Part shown: piece after piece, positions 29,987 to 42,264 of the stretch
Layout of the letters: the number at the start of each line of letters is the position of its first letter
Numbering within the stretch: the first letter of the stretch is position 1
Origin: Bigelowiella natans CCMP2755
Lineage: Eukaryota; Protista; Cercozoa
Reading direction: 5' to 3'
NCBI GenBank assembly: GCA_000320545.1
Contig: ADNK01002770.1
Coordinates: 1 to 64,000, forward strand
Length of the DNA stretch: 64,000 nt
Made by a program: the position numbers and the translations under genes
The notes under the pieces: generated by a model
Told to the model about the DNA's origin: nothing
Database searches by the model: none
Seen by the model: the letters and a program-made list of their open reading frames with translations, nothing else

Positions 29987-30029
<43 letters not shown>

Positions 30030-30678
30030 CATATTAGAATGTTTCCATATTACTCTTGCCCCTTATTAGATACGTGGGCCTCTCGCCGTTATCTTGGAGC
30101 AACCACACGGATGAGGATTACGTCAATGCGCCCTTCCGCGCTATGGTACTGATTCCTTTCACCGAAAGACGCAGCGAGAGTGCCATCTGCGTGCACATTG
30201 ACGAGCTCCCCGACTAGGGAATGCTTTTATTTACAGCTGTTACGTGGCTTGTAACCTGTCAGATATTTCGCGGCGCACACGATAAACGCGCGGCTATCGC
30301 TGTGCGAAAGATCCGAATGATGCCAAAGATGCAGGACATCGTCGTCCCCAACAGGGACTATGACTTCTATTATAAAGATATGCAGGTGGAGGGGGGGGGG
30401 GAGGGGGGGGGGAGGAGTTCGTTGTCTGAACATAAATGCGACTTCTCACCGAAAGTCGTGACTGTTGGTACTAACTACATCGGAACGATGCTAATGTGGG
30501 ACTAGAACGCCTCCTGATTTCTAAAAACGTGCGACTGTCTCTCGAGTTGTCCGGTGATGGCTTCGGTGGTTCTTACGCGATTGTGCATTTGTAGGCTTGG
30601 GAACCTAGAGTGGTAAGGTTCATGAAGGAGCTGCACGAAGATGATGACGAAACTGCTGCAAATGCACAGCCCGAGTAA
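29624..30678 (+). CDS. Small (~108 aa) spliced protein, weakly resembling cytochrome bc1 subunit 7 (QCR7/UQCRB)
   Basis: Spliced: ...FAR|YVGLSPLSWSNHTDEDYVNAPFRAM|IFRGAHDKRAAIAVRKIRMMPKMQDIVVPNRDYDFYYKDMQ|AWEPRVVRFMKELHEDDDETAANAQPE*, with TAA at 30676-30678. The gene model is good; the family call rests only on size and weak motif similarity. Confidence 0.45.
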
Positions 30679-30749
30679 CGTGCCGTAGAGAGTTGACCTA
30701 AAAGGTATTTGAATCATTTGTGTGAAATTGGTTCCAAAAAGGTTAGGAT

Positions 30750-32100
30750 TTGATGTCTCTTCAACTAGCTCATGGTGCGATGTTGCTGCATTTAATTTAG
30801 CCGATCATTTGTCCCTTCGGAAGAAGTTGTCACAAACCATGCCAGTGTGCCAAACTGTGTCTAAAGATCCGCATGCGCAGCAAACTAGCTAACAGCGCAC
30901 AACGCATGCATTGCTGGCATGTCAGCTTGTCAGCATGCTAGCATGCGTTGCGGCGCAACTGCACTAATCACACTTGGCGATCTAGACGATACTAGCATGG
31001 TCGAATACACTGCACGCTTGTTCACGCCAGTGTTGTTCCAGCAACAAATAAATGCTTGATTTCTCAACCATTTTTTTTCAAGTTTGGTTCCATCAGCGTC
31101 AACTCTAGAACTAGTCAGCTAGCTAGCTAGGCTAGTCTAGTAGTGCGCATGCATGCGGGCAACTACGTGCTACATTGGGCCAGCTTGGCAATTGTGCGTG
31201 CATGCGCTTGTTAGCTTCTATGTACGTGTAGGTAGTCTGGCACGCGATCAATGCGTGCATGCATGCTATTGTAGCATTGTGCACTAACAGCAACAAATAA
31301 TGAACAACAAATTGATATGGCCAATGAAAAGTCCATGTTATTCATTATGGAGCACTAGGGTAGTAGAACTACTAAACTGCAAGGAAGTGCGCTATACGTG
31401 TGTGAGTGCATGCATACAATTTGCTATTTGCACATACTGCAGCATATGTATACGTAGATAAGCTTTAGCATGCTAATCATGACTATTTAGCTATGTAGCT
31501 ATGTAGCCCTCGCTGCTAGCTCGCTAGCTTTACTATTACTATGCAATAGCGTGCAGGCTAACATGCTGACATGCATGCTAGCTGTCTAGCTGTCACAGCG
31601 TGGATTACTAGATTAATGCCGTGCTAGCGTGAATGCTTCATGCGTGAGACGGATGGATATAATGCAGAATAAAATCATTAATTGTTTTTAATATGGATAT
31701 CCTAATGTAGCTATCTAGCTATGCTACATGTAGATATGCGTGCTTCTAATAAATGCTAGAATGCAATATGACCAGTTACATATGTGTTTACGTATGCGCA
31801 GAATAATATATGATGCGTCGACAAGAAAATGCGCGCCATTCTAGCATTCCAGCGACACGCACAACTGAACAATGGCGGTATGCACACACATATATTATTG
31901 TTCGCCTGCATACAAGCGCCGCTGCTGATATAGACGTGTCGGACTACAACTTGTACGTACATGAACGCGATTAATGAAGTCAATTTAATACAGTCTAGAC
32001 ATTATTATGGCATATCTTAGCAAGTTATTCACAAAATCCTGCACGCAAAAGTATGCGTAGGTGCCGTCACTATTAGCCCATCCCAGGTGTGTTTTCTCAG
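30750..32100. other. CTAG/CATG/TGCA-rich tract between convergent gene ends
   Basis: E.g. 31104-31157 ctagaactagtcagctagctagctaggctagtctagtagtgcgcatgcatgc; no ORF, no dinucleotide microsatellites. Confidence 0.7.
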
Positions 32101-32146
32101 CTGCATGTCTAGATGTCGCTGTGTTATGAAGCATGAATGGCCGAAC

Positions 32147-32939
32147 TTACAAATTCATCTTCTTCTTCTTGACCTGAAACTCCTCCCATGTAAGGTTGGG
32201 CGCTTTTTCCCCGTACGTCTTCTCCAATCCCTAGAAACAGAGAACAATCACTCACGCCAGTGCCGCCCCACACACTGGCCCCCCTCTCCAAAAACCCGAC
32301 ATTACTCCCACGCGACGACTCGCATTTATTATTCAATCCTCCCGCCAAATGCCGGGCTGTGCAGGAGGGAAAAGGGAGCCGTACCTTCATTAGCTTGTCC
32401 CATTTTCCGGCGAACTTCGTCATGATCTTTGGCAGGTTCTGCTCCAGATGTCAAAAAACGCCACCGAGACGACGAGTTAGTTGAGCAAAGGCGGCTTCTA
32501 GCACTCAGAGAGCGTATGGTGCATATGACTTTTGTTGTCGTCTTTTTGGTTTGTTTGAGAATGTCAGAGTGCCGAAGCAAGAAAGAAACTTTGTGTTTGA
32601 ATTTTCACAAATCAAACTTCGAATACGTCCCGTATCCTAGCTACCATCATCGTCATAAGGAGCAACATTTTTGGGTTAATTCTGTCTGAGCCAACCTCGA
32701 TTTTCTCAGGAGCTTCGCGCCTATAAAAATCTACCAAAACGAAGCATTTATGTCACAGAGCACGTGAATTAACACTAGGCAGGAACTTGCTACTCTGAAG
32801 CATTGTGGTACCTGCCAGCGTCCTACGGACAAACTTATTGTACTTCTTTTTCTCCTCTTCAATTTCCTGAAGACATATAGCAAGTAAGTTGGTTGTAGGA
32901 ACGTCTGAAGAAAACATCGGTTGCAATCAAGACTTAGAT

Positions 32940-32985
<46 letters not shown>

Positions 32986-33448
32986 GTTCTCTCTATTTTA
33001 TCAACACGTGTCCTCCCTTCGTTCTCCCGACTCACAAATACATATACACCCACAATTATCACCCCCTCATGTATACAGGCTGCGAAACCTTTTTCTTCAT
33101 TTCTTCTTCCTTCTTCTTGGCAGCTAGCAATCCTTTCTGGCGCATGATCTCTGCTGACTCGACTGTCACACAATGAAAATGATCAAAAGTACGGCAGTAT
33201 GCACATCCAAGTGGAAACCCCATCATTTCACGCTTGAATTCATACCGTGTTTCTTAGCCCGATTTTTGTTCTCCTCTTTTGAGGTCTACGAAGCGTTTAT
33301 GCGAAAATGCAAACCACATAGCATTGTTACACCTTCTGCAAATACGATTGTCTTTCCAAACAGAAGATTATTCACAAACCTTCTTGTGCTTTGCAGACCT
33401 AGCTTGCGCACGGGCGCGATCGACATCTCTCTGGTTGCCTCGGGTCAT
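32147..33448 (-). CDS. SERF: SERF (small EDRK-rich factor, 4F5 domain) protein with C-terminal extension, 7 exons, 136 aa
   Basis: Exons 33448-33380, 33285-33246, 33162-33089, 32866-32812, 32730-32696, 32438-32385, 32230-32147 (411 nt, all GT-AG). MTRGNQRDVDRARAQAR...SAEIMRQKG is the 4F5/SERF signature. Confidence 0.9.
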
Positions 33449-33757
33449 ATTGTCGGCGAGAGTGGAGGGGGGGAACAGCCTTGTCGAGGTAAGAAGTACG
33501 AATTTTCTAGCGAATGTTTGGGAGAAACACAATCTATTTATTAGTTGCGACAACACTATTCGCACAAATATCGATGTCGTAGTTCTTTTTCGACCTTACC
33601 TCAGCAAATTGCCGCCGAGTTATTTCTGCAGATTTTCCCGGAATTTGGTGTGAAAAATAAAGTGCGACAATAAAAATTCATTGTCGTTTATATCCAGACC
33701 GCAGGGCATCGACGTGCACAACAACCCCTCTCCTGCGAACTGGGCACAACACACAGC

Positions 33758-34679
33758 ATGGGGTGAGAGCGTGAAGTTGCGGACTGTTCTAAACCGCTCA
33801 ATGGCGGCATTTAGACGTGTTGATGCGCAGTTGAACTACGAAAACGATCTTAGTTTGCTAATCCCGTGTCCTTTCCCCTCCACTCAAGGATCTTTGAAAG
33901 AGTATCTTATTTGGCTGGAAATTGGTGGTTTCCGTGGCTCGTAGCGCTTGGCTCCGGTGAGAGATACCTTCCTCATTAGCTAGATGTGTGGTGGGGAATC
34001 CACCCATTCTCGCTTTGTCTTTCGCCGGGTGATTGTAAGAGGAAATCTTCAATCATGAGATGTGTATTTCAACCAGGCGTGAATATGTTTACCCTGGTGT
34101 TTGGAGGGGTCTTGGCAGCGTGCTACGTGACTGCTGTTCTGGTCAGAACTAACGACCGCGGTCGATTAACAATCAAGACAACCACACATCGCATGTAGAA
34201 GGGAACCTTTTTAATTAGACATGGAAGCGAGATTGCAAATTAACTCTCATCAGACTCGGCCTAAATACTGGTTCGCCACAGCATCTATCAACGCCTTTGG
34301 AACTATAATAGGGTGCGCCTTCCACCCCAATGCAAAAGCACTTCATTTTCAATTAAAAATAGGCCGGTGTTTCCAATAGAAAATATATATCCTAAAGAGC
34401 CATCACACGCATTTCTGTGTTGATCTTCACACACCCCATATACTCGTTACAAACCATCATCAGGGTTGTTCTTGTCGTCTACCTGGTTCAAGTCAACGGT
34501 ACGCGCAATGAAGCCTTAACGAGTTTGAACGTCTAGTGAAACCAAGATATGGAAAGCAAATTCCTGATCTCTCCCATACCCATACAGTACACATGGGTTC
34601 TCCAGAGTCCATGATATTCTATGGCAAACATAATCCATTTGTTTTGCTCGAGACCTGCGCACACACACACACTCACCTA

Positions 34680-34760
<81 letters not shown>

Positions 34761-35970
34761 GCACACACGCACACACATATATATATACAACACTGAAAGG
34801 CACGGACTACATTACCGACCGATTTCCTTCAGTTTTCAAATCAGGTGGCGGCAGCAAGCACAAACTTCGCATATATATTTTCCCAACAAACAGAACACAA
34901 AAACGCCGGGGTGACAGACAACCAACCGAATCTCCTCAATCGATGGCGCATCGATTAAATAATAGAAAGCGCAACAGCGCAGTGCTTTGCTTACGCAGTT
35001 GTCTCGCTCACGACTAGCATACTGCTAAACAAATATCTGCAGATAAGTGGGGCTGGATTGAAGAGAACGTCGAGAAATATGGGCCTTTTGGCGTGGTAGT
35101 AGCATGCGAGCTTCCAAATATACACTTTTATTGCAATCTACGGCGACGGCGGCTGCCTCCGTCGAGAGAGAATGGCAATTCCACATTCTTCTGCGACGGA
35201 GCTGTTTTTCGTCATCGTGCGGTCTTTGAGGCGGCAAATGCGTGTCATATGGTGTTGGCAGGTCTTGACGTCTGCTGCTCCTATTGTGCTGCATCCTGTA
35301 ATTCTATTCGCAATGCTGGGTAATATAAACGCCCTTGCAGGAAGAAAAGGGATAATATGTTTATAAAATTACATCGGTGTCCTCTACCATCACATCCCAG
35401 CTTCTTTCCGGATCTTCCTCATCCCTCTCGGTTCTTTGTGGTGGTAATTATGCCAACGACTCCCCGCTTTAACCCCCCCCTTCCCCCCCGCCCCCCGCCT
35501 CCTTTCCCCACACAGCAAAAATGAACACTGCCGTACTTGTTGGCTGCATCTTCGTTGGAAGGTGCTTTGAACGAATCTTTCCTTAAATACTGATGGGTGG
35601 TGTGCACGGTTGAGTGAGTGCACATGGAATCGCGTATCACTAACGTGTTTTACGCTGTCTAGTTCCACACCCCCCTTCCCCCCCCCATCCAAAGATGGGC
35701 CTTGCGTGCGGCTGAAAATGCGCTGATGCGATGTGTGTGCTCACAACCAACGCCTATCGCAGGGTACTTAAATACTCAATCATGGCGCAGTGTGCTCTCA
35801 CGGCTCCTGGGATGCTGAGGTACATTGTAGCTTAGGGAGTGATGCAATGTGCGCGCACGAATGTATCCGTGGCCGATTCCTTCGTTTTTGGGCTCTGAGG
35901 GGTGCGGCGCGTCGTATCCAGGTACTTTGGTGGAAAGAAGCTCGTCGATGTCGCCAAAAAGGAGTCGTAG
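33758..35970 (+). CDS. DedA/YqaA-like (VTT/SNARE-associated) integral membrane protein
   Basis: Phase-consistent splicing gives MGIFERVSYLAGNWWFPWLVALGSGVNMFTLVFGGVLAACYVTAVLTRPKYWFATASINAFGTIIGVVLVVYLVQVNGTDYITDRFPSVFKSDKWGWIEENVEKYGPFGVVLTSAAPIVLHPVILFAMLAKMNTAVLVGCIFVGRVLKYSIMAQCALTAPGMLRYFGGKKLVDVAKKES*. The EKYG, P..HP and GR..KY pattern fits DedA/YqaA. Confidence 0.85.
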
Positions 35971-36049
35971 GTCGTACGTCGTAGGGGTGATGTTTTTCCG
36001 AGCATGTTCTCAAACGCTATACGGCGACGAAACCACGGCATCGCATCGC

Positions 36050-36700
36050 GGAATGGATAGACTAGATAGAGCGTAGACCATGCTAGCATGCATGGCCGTG
36101 ATTACATTTGCTGTGCAACAATCACATAGATCTTAGCATGGGATTACGCCGATCATTGCCGCAGGGTTTTTTGTCCTGGCATAGCTAGATAGCAACTTGT
36201 TTTCTAGAGACAGCGTGTAACAACGGGTTGAATATACGCGCGACTCAACTTTCATGTATAATTGCTTGATTGGCGCGCACACTCTAGCTAGCTAGCTAGC
36301 TAGCACTCACTAGTACTACAGGCTCCTAGACTCGTACGATACAGCAGCGCCCACTTATTAGTTATCGACGAACGTGACCGCTCTAGCACTCATGCATGCA
36401 GTTGCCGCAACTAGCTTGTTTAATCTAGTTATATGTTGCGAATAATAATGGAAATAATCTCTTATTGCATTGCACGCGCGGATCCTCCGCACGCTGATGC
36501 TCTGTACGATTGCTAGCTTATTGGATATTATATTTGACTGATAACTGTGTTGTCATGCATACTAGCACACTTGACAATTGGCAGTCTAGCAGAAGTAGCA
36601 TCGCAATATAAATAATCGGGTCGTCAGTTTACGTATGAAGTAATTGCATTAAAAATTCGTCAAACATATGCACTAACAGTGTATTCCTAATTATTCTAGT
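36050..36700. other. CTAG/CATG-rich tract between convergent gene ends
   Basis: E.g. 36284-36304 ctagctagctagctagctagc; frequent gcatgc and actag; lies between the DedA stop and the 3' end of the BTB-like gene. Confidence 0.65.
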
Positions 36701-36703
36701 ACG

Positions 36704-37000
36704 CTAGTATGGTTTACTCGGGCTATTATTGTATTTATTGAGATACACACGCCTACTTGGGAACGTGCGAGCAGCAGTAAGCTGCAATAACGATAAAAAG
36801 CTAAATTTTATAAGTATAACTTCGCTTTTGTATAACAGGGCAGGAGACGCGCAACACGCTTGGTCCTCATTCGAAGATAAAGCTGCCTGTCGCCAGCCAG
36901 GCTGCATGTGCGGAAAAGTTATATAAACGGAAGGTTCGCGCTCCGTCGTACCCTATTGACCAACATCAAAAACACATAAAAACGTATATATTTTATAAAA

Positions 37001-37033
<33 letters not shown>

Positions 37034-37891
37034 GAATTGATAGAGAGCGCAGATGTCCATAATGAAACCACCGACAAACATCGCAAACGAGTCAATGCAA
37101 GCCTCAGCACCCTCCGGTTTCCCCCCATATTGCGGAGTGCCTAGCATGGTTGATATGTACAGTTCTTACCGCTAGGAAGAGCGATGGGAATTCGAATGGC
37201 CGATCCCTCGCGTGCCGCATTTGCTACATCCCCCACCTATTTGCGCGAAGAGAAAGAGGAGTTTCTGTTATTTGTCTTATTCGTCAGAACTCCTTCATCA
37301 ACCGTGTTTGTTGTGGCGAGAAGATAACGACACAGCCCTCCTCCCCCCCCCTTCTCAGATGACGGTTGTGATTATGCCTTACAATGATCCATCTTCGGCC
37401 TTCTTCAGGAAACGTCACCGTATCTAATAACAACAATTCCATTCGTCAGCCCCACTATCGTAGTTGTGAAGAATTATGACCCCCCCCTCCCTCCTGCGGC
37501 GCCCCCGCCCTTTTCAAATGAACATCTCGCGGCCGCCTCACCGTGCGCGCGGCCCTTCGCATCAGGTCCAAGGGGGGGGCTGGAGGAGTACGCATAGGGT
37601 TCGAAAGGGTCGCGATGGAAATCGGCATCCTCAGCGGCAGCAACGTCCTTACAGATGAACGAGTTGTGTTAATGCGTATTGGGCATTAGTCCGCCATTTA
37701 AATGGTAATTATGGTCGTAATCATAACGATGATAATCACAATGATAATGATAATATTCAAAAAAAAAAAAAAAAAATAATACGCTTAATCTCAAAAATAC
37801 CCTCTCGCATATCTCCCTTCCCCCTCCCCCCTCTACCCACTCTTAAGACGACGCGTGCGAAGTTGAAGTAGAGAGCAAACCCTTCACATCC

Positions 37892-37925
<34 letters not shown>

Positions 37926-38131
37926 GCACACACATTGAACGATTCTTTACCATGCATTTCTTGCCTTTTTTCCTCTTCCTAGAGCGGCTGTCTTTGATTT
38001 CCCTCTCAGGAATCGCGATCCTAACCTAGCAAGCGCAGAGACCCGGGGGGGAAAGGAGGTCGAGAAAATGAATGTAAATGAAATCTCAGGGAGAAGAGAG
38101 ATATAGAGAGATAGAGAGAGAGAGAGAGAGA

Positions 38132-38181
<50 letters not shown>

Positions 38182-38459
38182 AGAGAATCACGATTGCCTT
38201 CTTTCAAACTATACAATAAAAACCAACAAGTGCTTGTCACTCTCAACCCCTTCTTCACCATCATCACAAGCGCTCGTGATGAGAAGCATTGCGTGCAGAT
38301 GCACGCACTACTCTATCTCCCAACAGAGGACAAACCGCAGCCGCCGCCTCACCGATGTCAAATAGCCAACGCCCCAGCCACCCTCTTGAAAAGCGCCCAT
38401 CGTCGGCTCGCTCACAATAACACATCTAGGCTGCACAGCTGATGGACAAATATACAAAA

Positions 38460-38501
<42 letters not shown>

Positions 38502-39852
38502 GTATATTATGGGGAAATCCGCTCTTGGAGAATGGTGAGTGTATCTCGTGGCGTCTGAACCTTTTTCGAAAACCGCTTGGATCCATGGGTGGATTCTTAA
38601 AGGGGGTGGGGGGAGAGGGGAGAGGAGAGTGAGCATGCAGAAATCAAGTTGAAGACTTCATCGTGAGGGGAGAACGACGAGGGGTGGTATTGACTACTCG
38701 CTTGCGCGTGCGAGCACATGCGCACAGCTCTTCATGTTTATTGTGCGAAGAATATACACAAAGCAATTCGAATATCGGAGACCTATGATTCGTAGCAGCG
38801 CCGGGAAAGCTAAAAACGCAACCATCGTCATCGTCATCATCATCATCATCACGCCAAGGAAAACGTAAAGCGTTTTCCCACATTTCGAGGGACGTCTCCT
38901 CCCCCCCCCCCCGCCCCCACCCACATTTTCTCGATGACAATGAAAGAGAAAAGGGGAATGAATGGTAACAGGATAGAATCGGTGGTGATGAAGAATGCGC
39001 ATGGATATGGACTACGATTGATGAAAGGTTGCGTGATTATCGATCGCTGTGCGTGAAGAAACGGTTTGATTCATGTTCTTCTGCCGCGGCTGTTATCATT
39101 CCCACCCGTGCTTCTCATCGACGAGAGTCTCGTAATTCGAGGGAATTCTAGGATCTGTTAGAAATCGGTGGTAACAATGAGTCCATGGTGATGATGGTGA
39201 CGATTGGTGATGACGATGATCATCATTGCGGCGACGGTGATGCTACGGATAACGACGACCGAAGTTATAACGATGTCGCAATCCTATCATTGCTTCGCAT
39301 CGTTTTGGCTCGGTTCCTTGGCTCGGTTCCAAGTCAAAGCGGTGCATGCATGCATGCGGAAAATGCGAGAAGAGGCTCACCTCCATATGGTCCTGACAAC
39401 GTGAGCTCATAGCGCAGCCCTCGTGGGGATATTGCACACGGCTTGAAGTACTCGAAGATGAGCTGAACGACACCTCTCTGGAACGTGGTTTCCTGACGCA
39501 TATAGCGGCATGGTCTCAGTGCTGGCCACTTTGAATCAACACAAGGCTGGCCCCGCAGCGCCTTCGCGCAGTGCTGCCGCTATTGCTAATCATCTCTTCC
39601 AATATCTTCGCAGAAGACGCGTATTTTGAGTGTTACGTTACAGTGCTTGCTCAGGGGAGATTGAGTGCTCCTTCATTTTATATTGTGATGCACTACAAGT
39701 CTTAGTAGCACTTCACCCCAGAATCGTCCCCCCTTCCCCCCACCCCCTCCCAATAAATCCTCCGACCCCGAGCGCCTCGTGGATCCACAGGGTGAAGACA
39801 CGAGAGTTGATGTCCGCGGAGCTCATTTGGGACGACCCCAGCTAAAGGAGTA

Positions 39853-39887
<35 letters not shown>

Positions 39888-39901
39888 TGTGTTAATAGAG
39901 A

Positions 39902-39939
<38 letters not shown>

Positions 39940-40418
39940 TCAGCACAGGACCAAGCAAGTCACACTCACATAAGCTGTTTTCTGATAAATAAAAGCTCAA
40001 TTGCCGTTAACATAATCCGTCGTTCAGGTACACAAGACGGCCTTACTACCTCCCCCCTCCCCCCCTCCCCCCCTCTATCCCTTCTGCGTTAGTGAGAGGA
40101 AGTACCATATCGTAAACTGAAGGAAGATGCAGATGTCGTGATTCAAGAACATGGGCCAGCACGTAGTTTTTGAACGATTCGGCCTATCATAATAAGGGGG
40201 GGAGTTTGGGGGGGTATTTTTATACTAACCGCTTGTGAGAATGGGTATATGTCGTCTCGCCCGTTTCCATATCTTTCATTACATCGATTTGTCGTAGCGA
40301 CTGAAACAGCTTTAGTCTGATCAGGGGCACTGTTTGGACCTACATGGTTGGTTGCAGGCAGTTACTCAAAGGAGGCAGAGCACGCATCATAGAGTCACCC
40401 ACACGTGCGTAAACACGC

Positions 40419-40461
<43 letters not shown>

Positions 40462-42000
40462 TGGAGTTATAACGTATGTAGCCTTCTGACCAGGGGCAGT
40501 CTCCGTTCTGCGTCCTGAACGATGGAAAAACAACGCTATGAATGACGTGCTACATTGCCGCATGTACGTCTTCTTTTACCGCGGTGTCCATCTCACGAGA
40601 TTTGAGCACTTCGATACCCTTCCCCACCGAGTCATTAAGGCTCTCTACTCATTCACAAAGAAGCTAATCACGGCCCCCGACTCCTCAAGGAAACGACGAC
40701 AACAAAACACGTGTTGCGGAAGTTTTGCAGAAAGACGAAGCTTAAACATAAGTAGTGCATATAGCTTTAAAGAAGGAACAAAGACACGTGCGTATGTGCA
40801 CATGAGAGTGTGTTTCAAAGTGATGACCGGCGACTCCTCTTAGCTTACAGAGATCTTTGTTATTCTATATATATTCGCGTTAAAATTTTGGTGACGAACA
40901 GCGATATTCCAGAGAGGCGGCTCAATGGTGAGTTGGGTGGGTTTCGTTTATGGTCGGTCGGCGAGAGAGAGAAAGCGAAGAGATCGATCAGACGTTGTAC
41001 AGCACGTATTGAATCTTCTTCAGTATATTAGTATGAACTAAATAAATTTATCCAGAATATGGAAGCTTGCTACATGTTTCTTAACATTGCTATGGTGTAC
41101 CTCTGAGTATCCTGACGAACAACCGTCCTCTATTGTACCTGACTTTCCCTTTGCTTTCGTATCTGCGTCGTAAGGCAGGCGTCCGCCCCTATCTAGCGTC
41201 ATGTTTATTCCGTCTTCTATCTGAAAATCATCACACAGTTTCTTGTTTGCTCTCTAACGAAGCAAGCAGATTGTTGAATTGGTGTTTCGATGCGCGTGTA
41301 CCGCGAATAGAAGCGTCTCTTTTCGCTCGATCGCGTCCCTCCTCTCCGCTAGCAGCTTGTCAAACCGCCTTTACGTGGTGCTCGAGTTCAGGTTAGCCCG
41401 ACATCGTATACACATCTTTTTACTTACCAAAGCGTGCCACGCATATGCGATCGCAGCTTATCCAGCTCGTCGACGTCTTTGTCCTTTATCGTAGCATCGG
41501 CATTTAAAAAAAAATGAGTTGAGCTCGTGAAAAGACGTCTCGAAAAGGTAGATCTCACATCGACGTCGCCACTGGGAAGGGGGAGATCTGGCAGCTTGAG
41601 CTTTCTACACACATTTCCCGAAATCATTGCAAATATGCGACCATTCCAACTGGCGGTTGTTAAAAAGGAGAGATTAGGCCTAAGCTAAACCTTCGCCCCC
41701 TCCCGGTTCTTTCCTTCGGACGCTTCGAGTTTCCCCCTCCCATGTGCCTCTCGTTCGAGTTGTTTGTACACGTTGAGCAACGCCTCGAAATAATCACTTT
41801 TCTTAGATATAATTGCCTTGATTTCTGTCCCAAATCTAGATACGAATGTTGCCTCCTGTTGTCCTCGGAATTCTTCCGGAAAGTTCCCGGAAAGAGCGGG
41901 TGCAGTTCCGGCCTGCGACAACTCCAGATAACTCCCCTCTCTCTCGTGTCGCTGGCAGTCCAGACGGCGCGAGTTCCTAAACTAAAATTGTACGAAATGC
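36704..42000 (-). CDS. BTB/POZ(-BACK)-like protein, multi-exon; both ends approximate
   Basis: Exons include EATFVSRFGTEIKAIISKKSDYFEALLN and CRKLKLPDL (BTB-like), AESFKNYVLAHV and SSADINSRVFTLWIHEALG (BACK-like), FQRGVVQLIFEYF, and PRCVIVSEPTMGAFQEGGWGVGYLTS. Start and stop are not pinned down. Confidence 0.5.
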
Positions 42001-42264
42001 TTGTCGTCTTTTACAAACGGCAAGAGTTTATCTCCGCATTTTGTACTAAGTTTTCGGGTAGAAGAGCTACGTAAGCTAACACTGACAAAATATCATGAGA
42101 GAACTCCGTTACAGGCAACGATAAGCCGAAACGCTACGACAAGCCCGTCTTCAAAGTGGGGAGAGGAGGGAGGGGCGGCCACACAGCATGGGCCTGCAAA
42201 CGTGCCGTCCTTAATGGCGTAAATAAAATTCGCGAACAACTTTATTAGCTAGAAATCTACAGAG

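Noticed and set aside
30437-30678. Apparent RIP-mutated pseudogene with TAA/TAG stops
   Set aside because: The TAG at about 30591-30593 is the splice acceptor of the last exon of the 29624-30678 gene, and the upstream part is intron.
30750-36700. CTAG-rich tracts as terminal inverted repeats of an element capturing SERF and DedA
   Set aside because: Only short low-complexity word matches; no extended inverted alignment, target-site duplication or transposase is visible.
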